Origin: Eledone cirrhosa
Taxonomy: Eukaryota
Reading direction: 5' to 3'
DNA: 64,000 bases
Assembly (NCBI GenBank): GCA_964016885.1
Contig: OZ024744.1
Location: 74,524,001 to 74,588,000 of the forward strand
Shown piece by piece: positions 23,781 to 37,310 of this stretch. Under the pieces are notes generated by a model. It searched no databases and had not been told where the DNA came from. It was given only the letters and a program-made list of their open reading frames with translations. A program made the translations under genes and the position numbers. The first letter of the stretch is position 1. Each line of letters opens with the position of its first letter.

Positions 23781-26700
23781 GAATGCCATGTTTGACGGAG
23801 GCTCGGCTCTGTAAAGTATTGTAGTTTTTACCCGTTATAACAATTGTAAATTGTTTAAAACTTGCACCAAATTGTAGAAAATGACACACTCCTCCTCGTG
23901 AGAGGGGTCATTCTGCCCGTAATTTGGCCTTTCAGGGTTAAATAACCAGTTATTGGGATTTGTGCCCGATATTCATTTTAAAAAACAACAAAACATGGCT
24001 ACAAAAAAGAATTTTCACAGGTCCCTCCCAACCCTTTCTTCTTCCCCAATCGACATTATGTCAGAGAAAAGATTTCTCTCTCCCTCCCTTCTCTAAATGT
24101 GGTGTCACCTCTGTCGCCTGTTTCGCAAGCGACGCCATTCAACAAAAAGGAAAATGTAGTTTCTCGTAGCGTTCTTCATCAATAGTTTGCGCGTACCGTG
24201 GAACATTTCTCCACGACGACGACGACGAAATATGTGTGCAGTAAATACAGAAAATCATTTCAATTGTCTGACCTCATGAAGAATAGCAAAAGCAGCTGTA
24301 ATAACATCAACAGCAACAGCAACAACAACAACAACAACAACACTAACAACAACAACAACAACAGCAACAACAACAGCAACAGCAGCAGCGGCGTCGGCGG
24401 TCGTAGTACCTGCAGCAACAACAAAGGTAACAGCAGCTCTGACGACAACAACAACAAGAAAGAAAAAACAATCTCGTTTCTAGGTATCGCAAAGAACCTG
24501 GAAACCATCCTTATAACAAACGAAGAATTACAGGAAGCAAGGAAGATGGTGACGCAAACCGGACACCGAGTAATCTGCAGGGCAGCCGAAGAATTTTTCG
24601 AAACCCAACAGCACTGTACGGTCACATACCGTACAGTAAGCACAAAATCACGTAGGGTTGAAAGAGCCACAGAGGCTCAACTACAAAATGCCTTAGCGTC
24701 AGTGTGGCAGCGGAAAACGCATATCACCCGAGGCAAGAAATATGCCACCATGGACGTGCTTTTTGCCACACCCAAGGAGGCAAAGGCTCAATCCTTAGTG
24801 ACCCTAAGGAGCGAGGAAATGGTGTTGGTGCCTTCCTACTGCAGGCAAAAAATTGTGAGGGTCAAACTGACCCAAGTTCCCCCGGGATGGTCCCTTCTTG
24901 CCTGGCCGCGTCTATCCTCGTCGGAATCGAGGACAAAACAACTGTACTGCAAGTACAGAAGAAAGTATTAAAAGATTGGGTCGACGCCTCCATTGAGATT
25001 TTAATTCAAACCAACCAGGAGTGTATCGAAGCTATCCCGGATGTGATAGACTTCGATAACGGCACTCAACTTCCCATAAAGGTTGACGGCAAACGCCCGA
25101 AATGCTTTCGCTGTGGGTCGAAGACTCACCTCAGGGCCTTCTGACCCTGAGAAAGGAGAAAACCCCCCTCCTTCCGAAACCGGCTCCACTGCTACTAGCA
25201 ACAGGACAGGCGGCAAGCGGGAAGGATATGTCCGTGGCCCCCATATCCACGCTACGGAAATCAAGAACAGCAGCAACAGTGGAAGTATCAACAACAATAA
25301 TACCAACTGCAGCTGCAACAGAGACTCCCCTGCAACCATCACCAACAACAACAACTGAAAGAGTGGAACTGGTACTTCTCCCCGACCTCACAGAATCGGA
25401 CATGGAGTGTGAGGTGGGAGAGGGATGGCAAAAGGTCGCAAGAAGACACAAGCGCAGAATCAGCGCATCTTCGCCTTCGAAAAGGGAGGGAAGAGATGAA
25501 AAAAGGGTGAAGGCTACTACAAAGAGACTTACAGCAGCAACACCACCAACACCATCACCACCCACACTAGCACTACCATCACCACCGGCGGCAACCCCAC
25601 CGCCAACAACAAAAATACCTTCAAAAACACCACGACAAGCACCAACCACGCATATACAACAACAAAACACACACACCCAGCAACAACGAGTAGAAAACAG
25701 GAAAACCACACCTCACCCCCCAACAAAAGAATTGCACAGCAATAAATACACCCAATAAGAAACTAATGACTTACATAATTGAACACACAGACATTTCACA
25801 GCACGACTACATAATACCAGCACCAATCAAAACTCCTACGAACATAAGACTGGTAAGAATATCACCGAAACAATACACTAACATTAAAATGAAATTCCCC
25901 AACGCAGTTGGTGATTTCAGAGACCTAGGAGGGACACTCAACCGGAGATTATGTCGGATATACTCACAGAAGAGCCGACGACCAGCCGAAGGGACGGTTC
26001 AACGGTCTCTTCACCAGACGATCAAGGTAAGTGATCCTTTCTCACTTGCCCCGTTCCTCACCCAACATGGCCGTATTCAGGATCGGAAGTGTAAACGTGC
26101 GTGGCTTGAGTTAGGTTTGGAAGCAGGGTCACTTGCTTAACTATCTCATGTTACTAAACATAGATGTAGTGGCCAGCAGCGAGACGAGAATCTCCGAAAT
26201 GCAAGCTTTCGCACCGATCTTCGACGGTTACGAGGTGTACGCTTCTTTGAGCCGTCTGGGAGCGGGAGGCGGAGTGGCTGTGTTGTTTCGGAAAGGCTTG
26301 GGTTTCGCCAAAGGGACCATCTTCCTGGACCCAGAAGGTAAGTCGGTGGTGGTGGACGTGAACGGCACCGAAAGCTACGCTTTCAGGCTAACAGCCGTCT
26401 ATGCCCCGACAGGGGCAGGACGGCCAGATTTCTTCAGAAGTCTAGAGACCTTTCTTGGAACGTCCCGCTTTTTAGTGTTAGTGGGTGACTGCAACGGTAT
26501 CTTGGATGGACGCTGGGATTGTGTGGAGCTAGTGGATAGGGGAGGAGGGTGTAAGAGCCTCACGAACCTGCTCAGACGTTTTGAACTGTCTGACAGGTAT
26601 CGACTGGATCACCCGAACGTGCCAATGTGGACATGGACAAACCCCATCGGGTCATCCCGATCGTATCTAGATAGGGAAATCTGCAGGGAACTAGATAAGG

Positions 26701-28380
26701 CTAGTATAAGTTGTCCACAATTTAAAATAGTCGACTACACAGACCACAAAGACCCGGTTACTGGAAGCTGAAGCGTTTTTCCCGGCGCGTAAAGCCTACA
26801 GAGACCAGATTAGCGTATTAGTTAAGCGGGCGTTGACGGGAGCGGTCGTCAACAACAGGTGGTTTTTCGCCCTGATAAGGGCAATTAAAGTAGAGTCGAT
26901 TAGGTTTAGCAAACGACTAGTGATAGAGGAAAATAGAGTAGTGGGAGAGCTAGTCAGAAATCTAGAAGAGCCGTTTAGGATATGCATTTATGCTAGATTT
27001 GTTCGTTGACCTCTTGGCAGACGTCTACTGCAAATGGCAAGCGAACGGGATCATTCCCAGTTTTGTGAGCCGGGGAGCGGTGGCGCTGCTGAGAAAAGAC
27101 TCGAACAAGGGGTATGTGATAACTTCAGGCCCATAACTCTGCTATACGCAGAGTTCAAGATTTTGGCCAAGTTGTTATAACGAGATTGGCGCTTGCCGTC
27201 AATGGCCTGATTGGAGAGGAGCAGACATGCGCCATTCCGGAGAGATCCATAGACGACAACTTCCTCCTCATGTGATACATCATAGAGAGGGTGGTTAAGG
27301 AACCTGGCACGTTTTCAGGGGTTGGATCGCTGCGATGTACAGCGACATCTGCTCGGTTGTGAGGGTGAACGGTCACCTGTGGCAGCCGTTCAGCATCATG
27401 CGCTCGGTCCGCCAGGCTTGTTCCCTCTCGTCCCTCTTTTACGTATTGGCTCTTGAACCGTTACTGCACAAACTGGGGGCGATGAGGGGCGTCGTATGCG
27501 AACTAGGATGCGGCAATCCGAGTCGGCTTACGCTGACGACGTCACCGTGGTGGTGTCGAGCACCAGACACGTCCAGATGCTCGGCACCGCTCACAAGGAA
27601 TACGAAGAGGTGACAGGAGCAAAGATAAATCGGGAAAGGTCGATGGGCTTTCAGCTCGGCACCTGGAGAGACAAGTCCATGTGGTCCGACGGCGTCGTGG
27701 GGCGTTGGACGGACGGACTGGTTAAATTGCTCGGACCTCCAGATGGAGAAAAACTGGAACGAGGTGACGAGCAAGATGACCACCCTCATCCAGAAGTGGG
27801 CCGAGAGGAAGCTGTCCCTGAAAGGCCGGGCGGGGGTGGTAAATGCGTACATCGCATCCGTCATCTGCTACCGCCTCACCGTCGTCCCTTGACTTGGCCC
27901 AACTCTCACCAAAATGGAGCGCCTCCTCTTCCGCTTTTTGTGGAAGGGACGCTCTCCCATGGTCAGAAGGTCCATCTGCTGTCAACACCCGTTGCGTGGA
28001 GGACTGGGCATGCCATGGCTGATGATGCGCAAACATGCGCCTAGGCTGCGGCATTTCTGGTGCTTCCTTGACGGTGAACAGTTGTGGCGGCTGTTCTCCA
28101 GGCACGTTTTCCCTCAGCTCGTCTCCTTGACGGAGGTGCAGGCCTGGGTCAGGAAAAGACCGAGGGATAGCGCTTGGAAACTGGAATGTCTCCAAGCGTT
28201 CACTGCCCTCTGCCAGCTGGGCACCAGTATCGGTGACACATCCACCTCGGCGTTCTATATAGGACTAGTGGAGGGGAAGAGTGGCGACGTTCTCGGAGAG
28301 ATCATGGGCGTCGAAGATCAGAAGTTTGCTCTCTTCCGGAGAACTTTCAGCCAGGGCCTATGGAAACTTCCAAAAATCGC
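23781..28380 (+). mobile_element. Tx1 copy 5, degenerate; main-type ORF1 joined to subfamily-B ORF2; 3' end lost at a (TTC)n tract
   Basis: GAATGCC start; ORF1 fragments; ORF2 starts MAVFRIGSVNVRG at 26067; many deletions; stops in the DNFQKS region. Confidence 0.88.
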
Positions 28381-28448
28381 TTCTTCTTCTTCTTCTTCTT
28401 CTTCTTCTTCTTCTTCTTCTTCTTCTTCTTCTTCTTCTTCTTCTTCTT

Positions 28449-28478
<30 letters not shown>
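28381..28478. repeat. (TTC)n microsatellite
   Basis: Pure TTC run. Confidence 0.97.
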
Positions 28479-28479
<1 letters not shown>

Positions 28480-28736
28480 AACGCGTTATTTCTTATTTGC
28501 TTTTGTTTGCTAGTTTGCTTGTATATGCATTAAATAAAATTTCATTCTGACGAGCTATGTCAGACGTCTGTGTCGAGCTCGTCTGTCTTCGTGAAACCTT
28601 GGGAAAATGGAATAATTGTCTTATATTATTTATTACATAACTAAATAGCTCTGTAGCTTACATAGAGTACTCTCCTTTCCTTTACCTTTTCTACGGAAAC
28701 ACTTAATATATTTACAAACACACACACACACACACG

Positions 28737-28816
<80 letters not shown>

Positions 28817-28999
28817 ATATGCATATCCGCAGTTGACAAAGCATATAATGCTGAAACTGGTACCATTATTAAATGTGGAAATATTTCTTTTATAAATAAA
28901 TAAATGTTTTGATATTACACTGAAAGAATCTCTTCAGCATATTTTTCCGTTCTACTATTTATTGTTATATATATCATCTCATGCGTTACTTTCCTACAT

Positions 29000-29070
<71 letters not shown>

Positions 29071-29072
<2 letters not shown>

Positions 29073-29192
29073 AACGGCTTGAGCTCTGCCGTCGGGGTCC
29101 TGAAACTTTTCCTATTACCCACTCTACTACCCAAAGAATCGAGTACTCTGCTGCGTTAGGGTCCACCTGGTTCCTTACCACATTTCCTACGT
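29071..29192 (+). mobile_element. Short repeat fragment in (TA)n, Penelope-like terminal-repeat candidate; related copy on - at ~30820-30958
   Basis: GGAACGGCTTGAGCTCTGCCGTCGGGG...GTCCACCTGGTTCCTTACCACATTTCC matches reverse complement of 30820-30935; contains the 3' half of a hammerhead. Confidence 0.5.
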
Positions 29193-29639
29193 TATATATA
29201 TATATACATTTATTCATTTATGTACACTCCCCCCCCCCCCCATATATATATATATATACATATAGATATCAATTTTGAGTATGTGTTAGTTGTTTACCTC
29301 AGTATGCAGGTTGGAGCACTCGACGAAGTACGCAGGTTGGTTTATTTACTCCGGAGTAATGTAAAATATGTAAGTCAAACATGGCTTCGTTTATTATAAT
29401 TCTCTGCTATATATATTTCAGTGACAGCTATTATTGGCTGTGAACTCTTCAGGCAGTACGAATTAATGTAGAAAGAACAGGTAAACATAGCGTTGAAATG
29501 TGTTCCACTTTGTCAGTACATCGATATGTTCAGCTCCTGGATGTGTTGTTAGTCCTACGAGGGACTGGAATCATATGGTTCCAGTTCTTCGTAGGGAATT
29601 TATAGTAAACGAAGCCAAACTTAACATGTTTGACTTAAT

Positions 29640-29676
<37 letters not shown>

Positions 29677-29808
29677 CAAAGGGATATTTAATTTGTTGGT
29701 AATTCAACAAATATATATATTTATAACAGATTCGAAGCACTCGACAGATATCTGGAGTATAATATCAAGGATATTAATAAATGGAAACTATATTTATAAA
29801 ACCATATT

Positions 29809-29870
29809 TATTCTATTATATATATTTCAAGGGTACCAAAACTTTGGTACGCCCTCATCAGAAAAAAATA
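29809..29870 (-). ncRNA. Minimal type I hammerhead ribozyme motif
   Basis: Minus strand: CTGATGA-GGGCGTACCAAAGTTTTGGTACCCTT-GAAA-TATATA-TA-ATAGAATA; intact core, weak helix I. Confidence 0.65.
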
Positions 29871-30089
29871 CGAAATTTGTTTTATAATTAGTTACATACC
29901 CAGAAATGAGACACCAACGGTTCAAGTTCCGTTTGAATAGTCCAAACGGACCTTGAACCGTTAAGGTCTGATTCCTGGGCATGTCAATACTTACAAAACA
30001 AACCCTGTATTTAACGGTTCAAGGTCCGTTTGGACTATCCAAACGGACCTTGATTCCTGGGTATGTCACTATTTATAAAACAAACTTTG

Positions 30090-30150
30090 TATTTTACCTG
30101 ATGAGAGCGTACAAAAGTGTTGGTACTCTTGAATTATATATAATAGAATA
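30090..30150 (+). ncRNA. Hammerhead motif, core-mutated (GAAT for GAAA)
   Basis: TATTTTAC-CTGATGA-stem II-GAAT-TATATA-TA-ATAGAATA. Confidence 0.5.
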
Positions 30151-30189
30151 AATATGGTTTTATAAATATAGTTTTCATTTATTAATATC

Positions 30190-30239
<50 letters not shown>

Positions 30240-30312
30240 AGGAGCTTCCAACAGTAATGGTTGCATTTTTTAAGGGTATGTCAATATTTATTTATAAAAC
30301 TGATCTATATTA

Positions 30313-30377
30313 TATTTTATCTGATGAAAGCACACCATAATTTAACTTGGTGTCCTTGAAATATGTATAAGGAAATA
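30313..30377 (+). ncRNA. Minimal type I hammerhead motif
   Basis: TATTTTAT-CTGATGA-AAGCACACCA..TGGTGTCCTT-GAAA-TATGTA-TA-AGGAAATA. Confidence 0.55.
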
Positions 30378-30504
30378 AATATGGTTTTATAAATATAGTT
30401 TCCATTTGTTAATATCGTATTTTTACTCCAAATATTTGTTCAGTGCTTTATATCAGTTATAAAAATATTTGCTTGTTGTATCCCAACAATTTAAATAGAA
30501 CTTT

Positions 30505-30543
<39 letters not shown>

Positions 30544-30616
30544 GTTATTCCGGGTTGAATCGGAGGTAACCACAGTAAGTAAGGTACTCAATACATAGCA
30601 GAGTATAACAGTTTTA

Positions 30617-30663
30617 ATTCCTGATGATTTCTAATGAATGAAACAGTTCTAGTCCTGTAGAAT
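30617..30663 (+). ncRNA. Type I hammerhead motif of a different repeat family
   Basis: ATTC-CTGATGA-TTTCTAATGAAT-GAAA-CAG-TTCTAGTC-CTG-TA-GAAT; helix I ATTC/GAAT, helix III CAG/CTG, GUA triplet; helix II closing pair mismatched. Confidence 0.5.
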
Positions 30664-30674
30664 CTCATCTATAT

Positions 30675-30808
<134 letters not shown>

Positions 30809-30898
30809 GAGAGAGAACGAAGGAAATGTGGTAAGGAACCAGGTGGATCATAACGCACCAAAGTACTCAATACTTAGGGTAGTAGAGTGGGTAATAGA

Positions 30899-31018
30899 AA
30901 CGAGTAGGATCCCGACGGCTGAGCTCAAGCCGTTTCGACGGCTAATTCTGGACTAAAATTTTAGTCCAGAATTAGCCGCCGAAACGGCTTGAGCTCAGCC
31001 GTCGGGGTCCTACTCGTT
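30899..31018. repeat. Spacer-less palindrome, 60-bp arms, 2 mismatches
   Basis: Centre GGACTAAAA|TTTTAGTCC at 30958/30959. Confidence 0.92.
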
Positions 31019-31117
<99 letters not shown>

Positions 31118-31877
31118 GTGGCAGTGAGAAGGACAGAGAAATATTCTGATATTTCTCTATTAACTTGTCTGTTATGCACCCCCCACCCCACCACCATTGT
31201 CAAATATACCTCCCCTCCAATTCCCGATCCCCTTCACTGCTACCTAACTAATTTCTTGTGTATTTTATCTCACTTTCGCCATTTCCGTATTCAACATTTT
31301 CATTCTCCTTCCTTCACCACCTTCATTCGTTTCCCTTTTTACGATTACTCGTTTATATCTTTGCGCACCAGCTCCTTTCTTTCCTTGCTTCCTTCCGACC
31401 CTCTTTCTTTCTTTCATTCATTCTGTTTATTTAATACTTTGTTTATTGTTTCTTTTTTCTTTCTTTCTTTCCTTCCTTCCGACCCTCTTTCTTTCATTCA
31501 TTCTTTCTTTTTTCTTGCTTTTCTCCTTTCCTTCTTTCTTTCTTCCTTTTTCTTCTTTCTTTCTTTCTTTCTTTCATTCATTTTCTTTTTAATATTTTTC
31601 TTTTCTTTCTCCTTTCTTTCTGTCTTTCTTGCTTTTTTCTTCTTTCCTCTTTCTTTCTTTCATGCTCCTTTTCATTCTTTCTCCCTTACTTTCTCCAATT
31701 TCTTTCTTTATTCATTCATTCATTTCCTTTTTTTGTATTCGCTTTTTTGTTCTTGCCTCCATCTTGTTTTTATTCTTGCGTTCAATCTTTCATTATTTAT
31801 TTATTTATTGATTATTTCCTTATATCCTGCTTTCTTTTTTTTCTCTCTCTCTTTCATTCTGTAATTCTTTCTATATT

Positions 31878-31928
<51 letters not shown>

Positions 31929-32569
31929 GTATTTATTTATTTATTTCCTTAACTCCAACGGCCGTGTCAATATAATTATCTATACACCATTCCATTACAT
32001 TATTACTATTTATTTATCTTCACAACTCTGTTATTTGTGTTCCTTCTCACCCTTTCTCATTCCTTCTCACTCCTTCTCACTGCTTCTCACTCTTTCTTAA
32101 TCTATCTCAGTTTTTATGTCTATGTATACATCTAATTATTGAACCAGCACTTTCCATCTATCTATCTATATATCTCTATCAATCTATCTATCTATCTATC
32201 TATATATCTCTATCAATCTATCTATCTATCTATCTATCTATATATATATACATATCTGTTTCTCTCTCTCGCTTTGTCCCTCCTGTCTCTCAGTCTCTCT
32301 CTCTCTCTCTTTATATATAAATATTAGATTTAATAAGATACTCAACGAATTATGTAGTCTTACTTTCAGTGTAGATTGTCTCTAGTTCTAAGTTATGATA
32401 TGTCTACGTGCACACTTATGTTTGTATGAATATGTTCCAATATGTTTCTTTTAATGATTAAGGCTCGATTTTATTCTCTGAATTCTATCTTGAGCTGTTT
32501 TTAGAGACAAGACATATGTTTGATTTTGTATCATTCATGACACGCTTCACTTTGAAAGTAATAATAATT

Positions 32570-32895
32570 GTTTCTAATTTTGGCACAAGGCCAGCAATAA
32601 CCCAGTACAATACTGGTACGTTATTTTATCGATCCCGTAAGGATGAACGGCAAAATTAACCTCGGCGGGATTTGAACTCAGAACGTAAAAGGACGTAACT
32701 ATGCTGGAAAGCATGTCCGACCCCCTACCGAAACTGCCAATTCTTATAATAATTGTTTCTACTTTAGGCACAAGGCTAGCAATTAACCAGTGCATTACTG
32801 GTACTTTATTTTATCGACCTCGTAAGGATGAAAGGCAAAGTTAACCTCGGTGGGATTTGAATTCAGAATGGCAATGGCCGTAACTCTATGCCAAT
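32570..32895 (-). mobile_element. Two tandem tRNA-derived SINE copies
   Basis: Reverse complement of B-box GAGTTCAAATCCCGCCGAGG, core CATCCTTACGGG..GATAAAATAA and 3' GCCTTGTGCC..AGAAACA-(ATT)n. Confidence 0.8.
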
Positions 32896-32938
32896 TCTAA
32901 TAATAATAATATATATTAATATATATTATCTCTCTCAA

Positions 32939-32969
<31 letters not shown>

Positions 32970-32970
32970 G

Positions 32971-33022
<52 letters not shown>

Positions 33023-33167
33023 CTATTTATATAGCTATCTATCTATCTACATATATATGTATCTATTTATATACCTATCTATCTCTCTATATTTATGTTA
33101 TGTGTGAAAATATGTGTATGTATAGAGAGAGAAAGAGAGAAAGAAAGAGAGAAAGGGAGAGAGAGAG

Positions 33168-33206
<39 letters not shown>

Positions 33207-33889
33207 GGGTGTTTCCGTTTGAATGAGAGTGAATTTATTTCTATTTACCCTCATAGCTTCTCTTTCGTTTCCTAAGATAGTTGATGTTTTCCTCACACCA
33301 CAGCTCACAATCTTAAATCCTCAATTAACTTCTCTTTACTCACTTCCTTCTCACTTAAACTCATTTCTACACATTCTCTCCTTCTTTATTATAACTTACT
33401 ACAATAAATTATTTATTTCTCTTCTATATATAGAAGAGAAATAAATAATTTATTCTTTGTTGTTGACATGAGTTTCCTTCTTTGTTGTTGACTGTGTGTC
33501 TCTCTCTATCTCTCTATCTCTCTCTCCATTTTCCTCCTCCTCTTTCCTTCTCACCTTCACCCATCCACAAACTCCCTCTCTCTCTATCTCTATCTCTCTC
33601 TCTCTCTCTCGCGCGCTCTCTCTCTCTCGCTCTCACTCTCACTTTCTCTCTCTCGCTCTCGTTTTCTTTTTTTTCTTGTCCATCTCTCTCTTTCCATATC
33701 TATCTTTTACTCCACCTCTCAATCTCTGTTTATTTTTGTTTCTCTTCTCTTTTTCACACACACACACACACAAGGACAGACACATGCACTCACACACGCA
33801 CATACACACCCACATACACATACACATACACAGACATATATACACACATACATACACATAAATATATATAGAACCTTCCAGTGTTCTAC

Positions 33890-33944
<55 letters not shown>

Positions 33945-34165
33945 TATATGTGTGTGTCCGTGTACGTCTGTGTACGTGTGTGTATGTGTGTGTATGTGTG
34001 CTGTTCTATCCACCTGTCTCCAGCTCACTCTCCCCTCTCCTTCTCTCTTTATTCCTCCATCTTTTCTTCACGCATATTGATTTTCTTCCTTTCTTTGTTT
34101 CTCTCTACCTATCCTCGGCGTTTGATATATACACATACACACACACACACACACATATATATATG

Positions 34166-34197
<32 letters not shown>

Positions 34198-34254
34198 CAT
34201 ATATATATATGTATATATATATATATGTATGCATATATATTTGTATATATATAC

Positions 34255-34286
<32 letters not shown>

Positions 34287-34751
34287 GTGTACATATAAAT
34301 CTATATATGTGCACATACAAATATATATATATATATATATGTATATATATTTGTATATATATACATATAGGTCCATGGTGTATATATACATATATATATA
34401 TACATATACACATATGTGTGTACATATAAATCTCTATATGTACACATACATATATATATATACATATATATATATATGTATATATATATGTATGTATGTT
34501 TGTATATGTGTGTCCGTGTGTGTGTACATACACACACCCACCTATTAGTATTAGTGTCTGTGTTTGTATGTGAGTGTTTGTATGGTTGTATGTAGTTTTT
34601 CTCTTTTTTCTTCTCGTGTCCTCTTTAGCCAATCCGATGTTCTGTATCATTCACTCTCTTTCCACAACAACAGCACATCTCCCTCTCTCTATCCCTTCCA
34701 TCTATCACTCTCTCCCACGCACTCTCACCCTCTCTCTCTCTATCACACAAA

Positions 34752-34786
<35 letters not shown>

Positions 34787-35047
34787 TCTCTCTCACTCAC
34801 ACACACACCCTCTCTCTCTCTCACACTCTCTCTCTCACTCACACACAAACATTCTCTCTCCCTCTCTCTCTCTCTCACACTCTCTCTCTCACTCACACAC
34901 ACAAACACTTTCTCTCTCTCTTACACACTCTCTCATCGCCTTTTTTCTCCACCTTTACATCCAACAACAATCCCTCTCTCTCTCTCTCTCTCCTTTCCTC
35001 TATGCCTCTCTCCCAAGCTCTCTCTCTCTCTCACCCTCTCCATTTTC

Positions 35048-35083
<36 letters not shown>

Positions 35084-35745
35084 CTCTCTCTCTCCCTCTT
35101 TCGCTCATCGCCTTTTTTCTCCACCTTTACATCTCTCTCCGCTGCGCTTTCTTCCATCATGAGCATTTTAATCAATTCCTGTTCTCGTTTCCCTTGCTGT
35201 ACTCTTGCCAGAGAAACTTTTCTCCTCCTTGCCATTCTTTTATCCCCCAAAGACATTCAGACTGCTCCACCACTCCCATGATGGTTGCAACTAATGGGTT
35301 ATTTATTAATTGATACAACTCTCGTTCATCTGTTATTGTAAATTCGATCACAATGCACTCGACTCCATTTAATTAATTTATTTCGCAAGTAAACGGATGG
35401 AGAGATTCTAAAAGCACATTAAAGCAATGTCAGGCGTCAGGGGTACGCACACACGCACCCATACACACACATATACACACACGCACACACGCACGCATAC
35501 ACACAAACACACGCACGCAAATATATATATATATATACATACATATACAGATAGCACGCATTCACAATGACCTGTACGCAATAAGGAGTCAAACTAACGC
35601 CTACGTATATATGCACACATGCACACATGTACAAATGCACACATACACACATACATATACATGTGCACAACACTAGCATACTCGCACGCTTATATAGCGT
35701 TTATATATTTATAGTGTGTATTTTCTCTATATATATACATATATA

Positions 35746-35856
<111 letters not shown>

Positions 35857-35954
35857 ATGTATATTGATATATATATGCACATACATATATCACTATATAT
35901 ATATATATATACGTGTGTATATGTATACGTATATATAAATATGCATATACATAC

Positions 35955-36070
<116 letters not shown>

Positions 36071-36339
36071 ATGTGTGTGTGTGTGTATGAATATGTCAAT
36101 GTATTTATGCATGTAAATATATATGTAGATACATGGTGTAAACATGCCTATATGCAGGGTAATATATCAGATATATTTCATTATATATTAGTGGAGTAAT
36201 AAATTAGTTTATAAGATTCATTATACAAGCATAAATCTACCCTATACACACACACAAAATAAATATATATGTGTGTGTGTGCGTGAGTGTGTGTGTGTGT
36301 ATGTATGTGTGAATATATATATACGTGTATATATATATA

Positions 36340-36416
36340 TTGGGTGGTCAAGTATAAAATTCGTATACATTTTTTTTTTTCAACAAATTCCTACAAATTC
36401 ATAGTTGACGACCCAA
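36340..36416. mobile_element. Tiny mariner-like MITE
   Basis: TIRs TTGGGTGGTCAAGTAT / ATAGTTGACGACCCAA, TA flanks. Confidence 0.55.
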
Positions 36417-36615
36417 TATATATATATATATATCGAATTCCTGTACAATATTGTTTTCTATTTAATATAGAGTTTAATGTGTTTGTTTTCAAATGTTAAG
36501 CATGTTTATATGATTCGATTAAATGGACGTAGCTTACATTTCAATTTGTTTCTATATCATAATTATCAAGAAAGATGCATACATATATACATATTTACGC
36601 ACACAACATATATAT

Positions 36616-36658
<43 letters not shown>

Positions 36659-36673
36659 CCTACACACACACAC

Positions 36674-36719
<46 letters not shown>

Positions 36720-36725
<6 letters not shown>

Positions 36726-37310
36726 TAAGTATGTATACGTACATACATATATGTATACAGACGTACAGTAGTATGTATATAAATAAATATATACATACAC
36801 AGATATCTATATGTACGTATGGGTTTACCGAACAATTATTATAATGTTCGATGTGTTTGTAAATAAACAGCCCGAATTAAGCCGTACAGTGTTCGGCAAC
36901 CATCGTTGCCCTTTTGTTCAACACTGACAAAGGAACGATGAACTAGTTTCTAGCTTCTTAGCTGTCATCAACACCGTATACCTTCCTGTCAATCGATTTA
37001 ACGTTTGAAAGTATATACTTCTCCGTATGCATATTAACGGTTGAGCAGCCTAATTTGTATATTGAGTGAGTTAGTCGGCTGGGCGTACCGAAAACGATAA
37101 ATCTAAAAAATGAAATTGAAATTGAAATTTCTCACTTTTAGTACGGCTGATACTTAAATATAAGTATGTATACGTACATACATATATGTATGGAGACGTA
37201 CAGTAGTATGTATATACATACATGCACATATATATATGTACGTATGTGTTTACCGAACATTTATTATAATGTTCGGTTTGTTTGTAAACAAACAGCCCTT
37301 ATTAAGCCGT
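36720..37310 (+). repeat. Imperfect direct repeat (~36720-36885 and ~37157-37310) around a ~270-bp insert
   Basis: AAATATAAGTATGTATACGTACATAC...TTTACCGAACA.TTATTATAATGTTCG...AAACAGCCC..ATTAAGCCGT occurs twice. Confidence 0.75.

Larger units (their letters stand above)
29692..30492. mobile_element. Inverted/tandem arrangement of a hammerhead-bearing repeat unit (Penelope-like pLTR or retrozyme candidate)
   Basis: One unit on - (~29692-29905), two on + (~30055-30190, ~30275-30492), with fold-back hairpins between them. Confidence 0.6.

Noticed and set aside
1-28380. Telomeric retrotransposon array or CRISPR-like array
   Set aside because: Spacers are (ATT)n, not telomeric repeats; the arrays are interstitial; no repeat-spacer structure or cas genes
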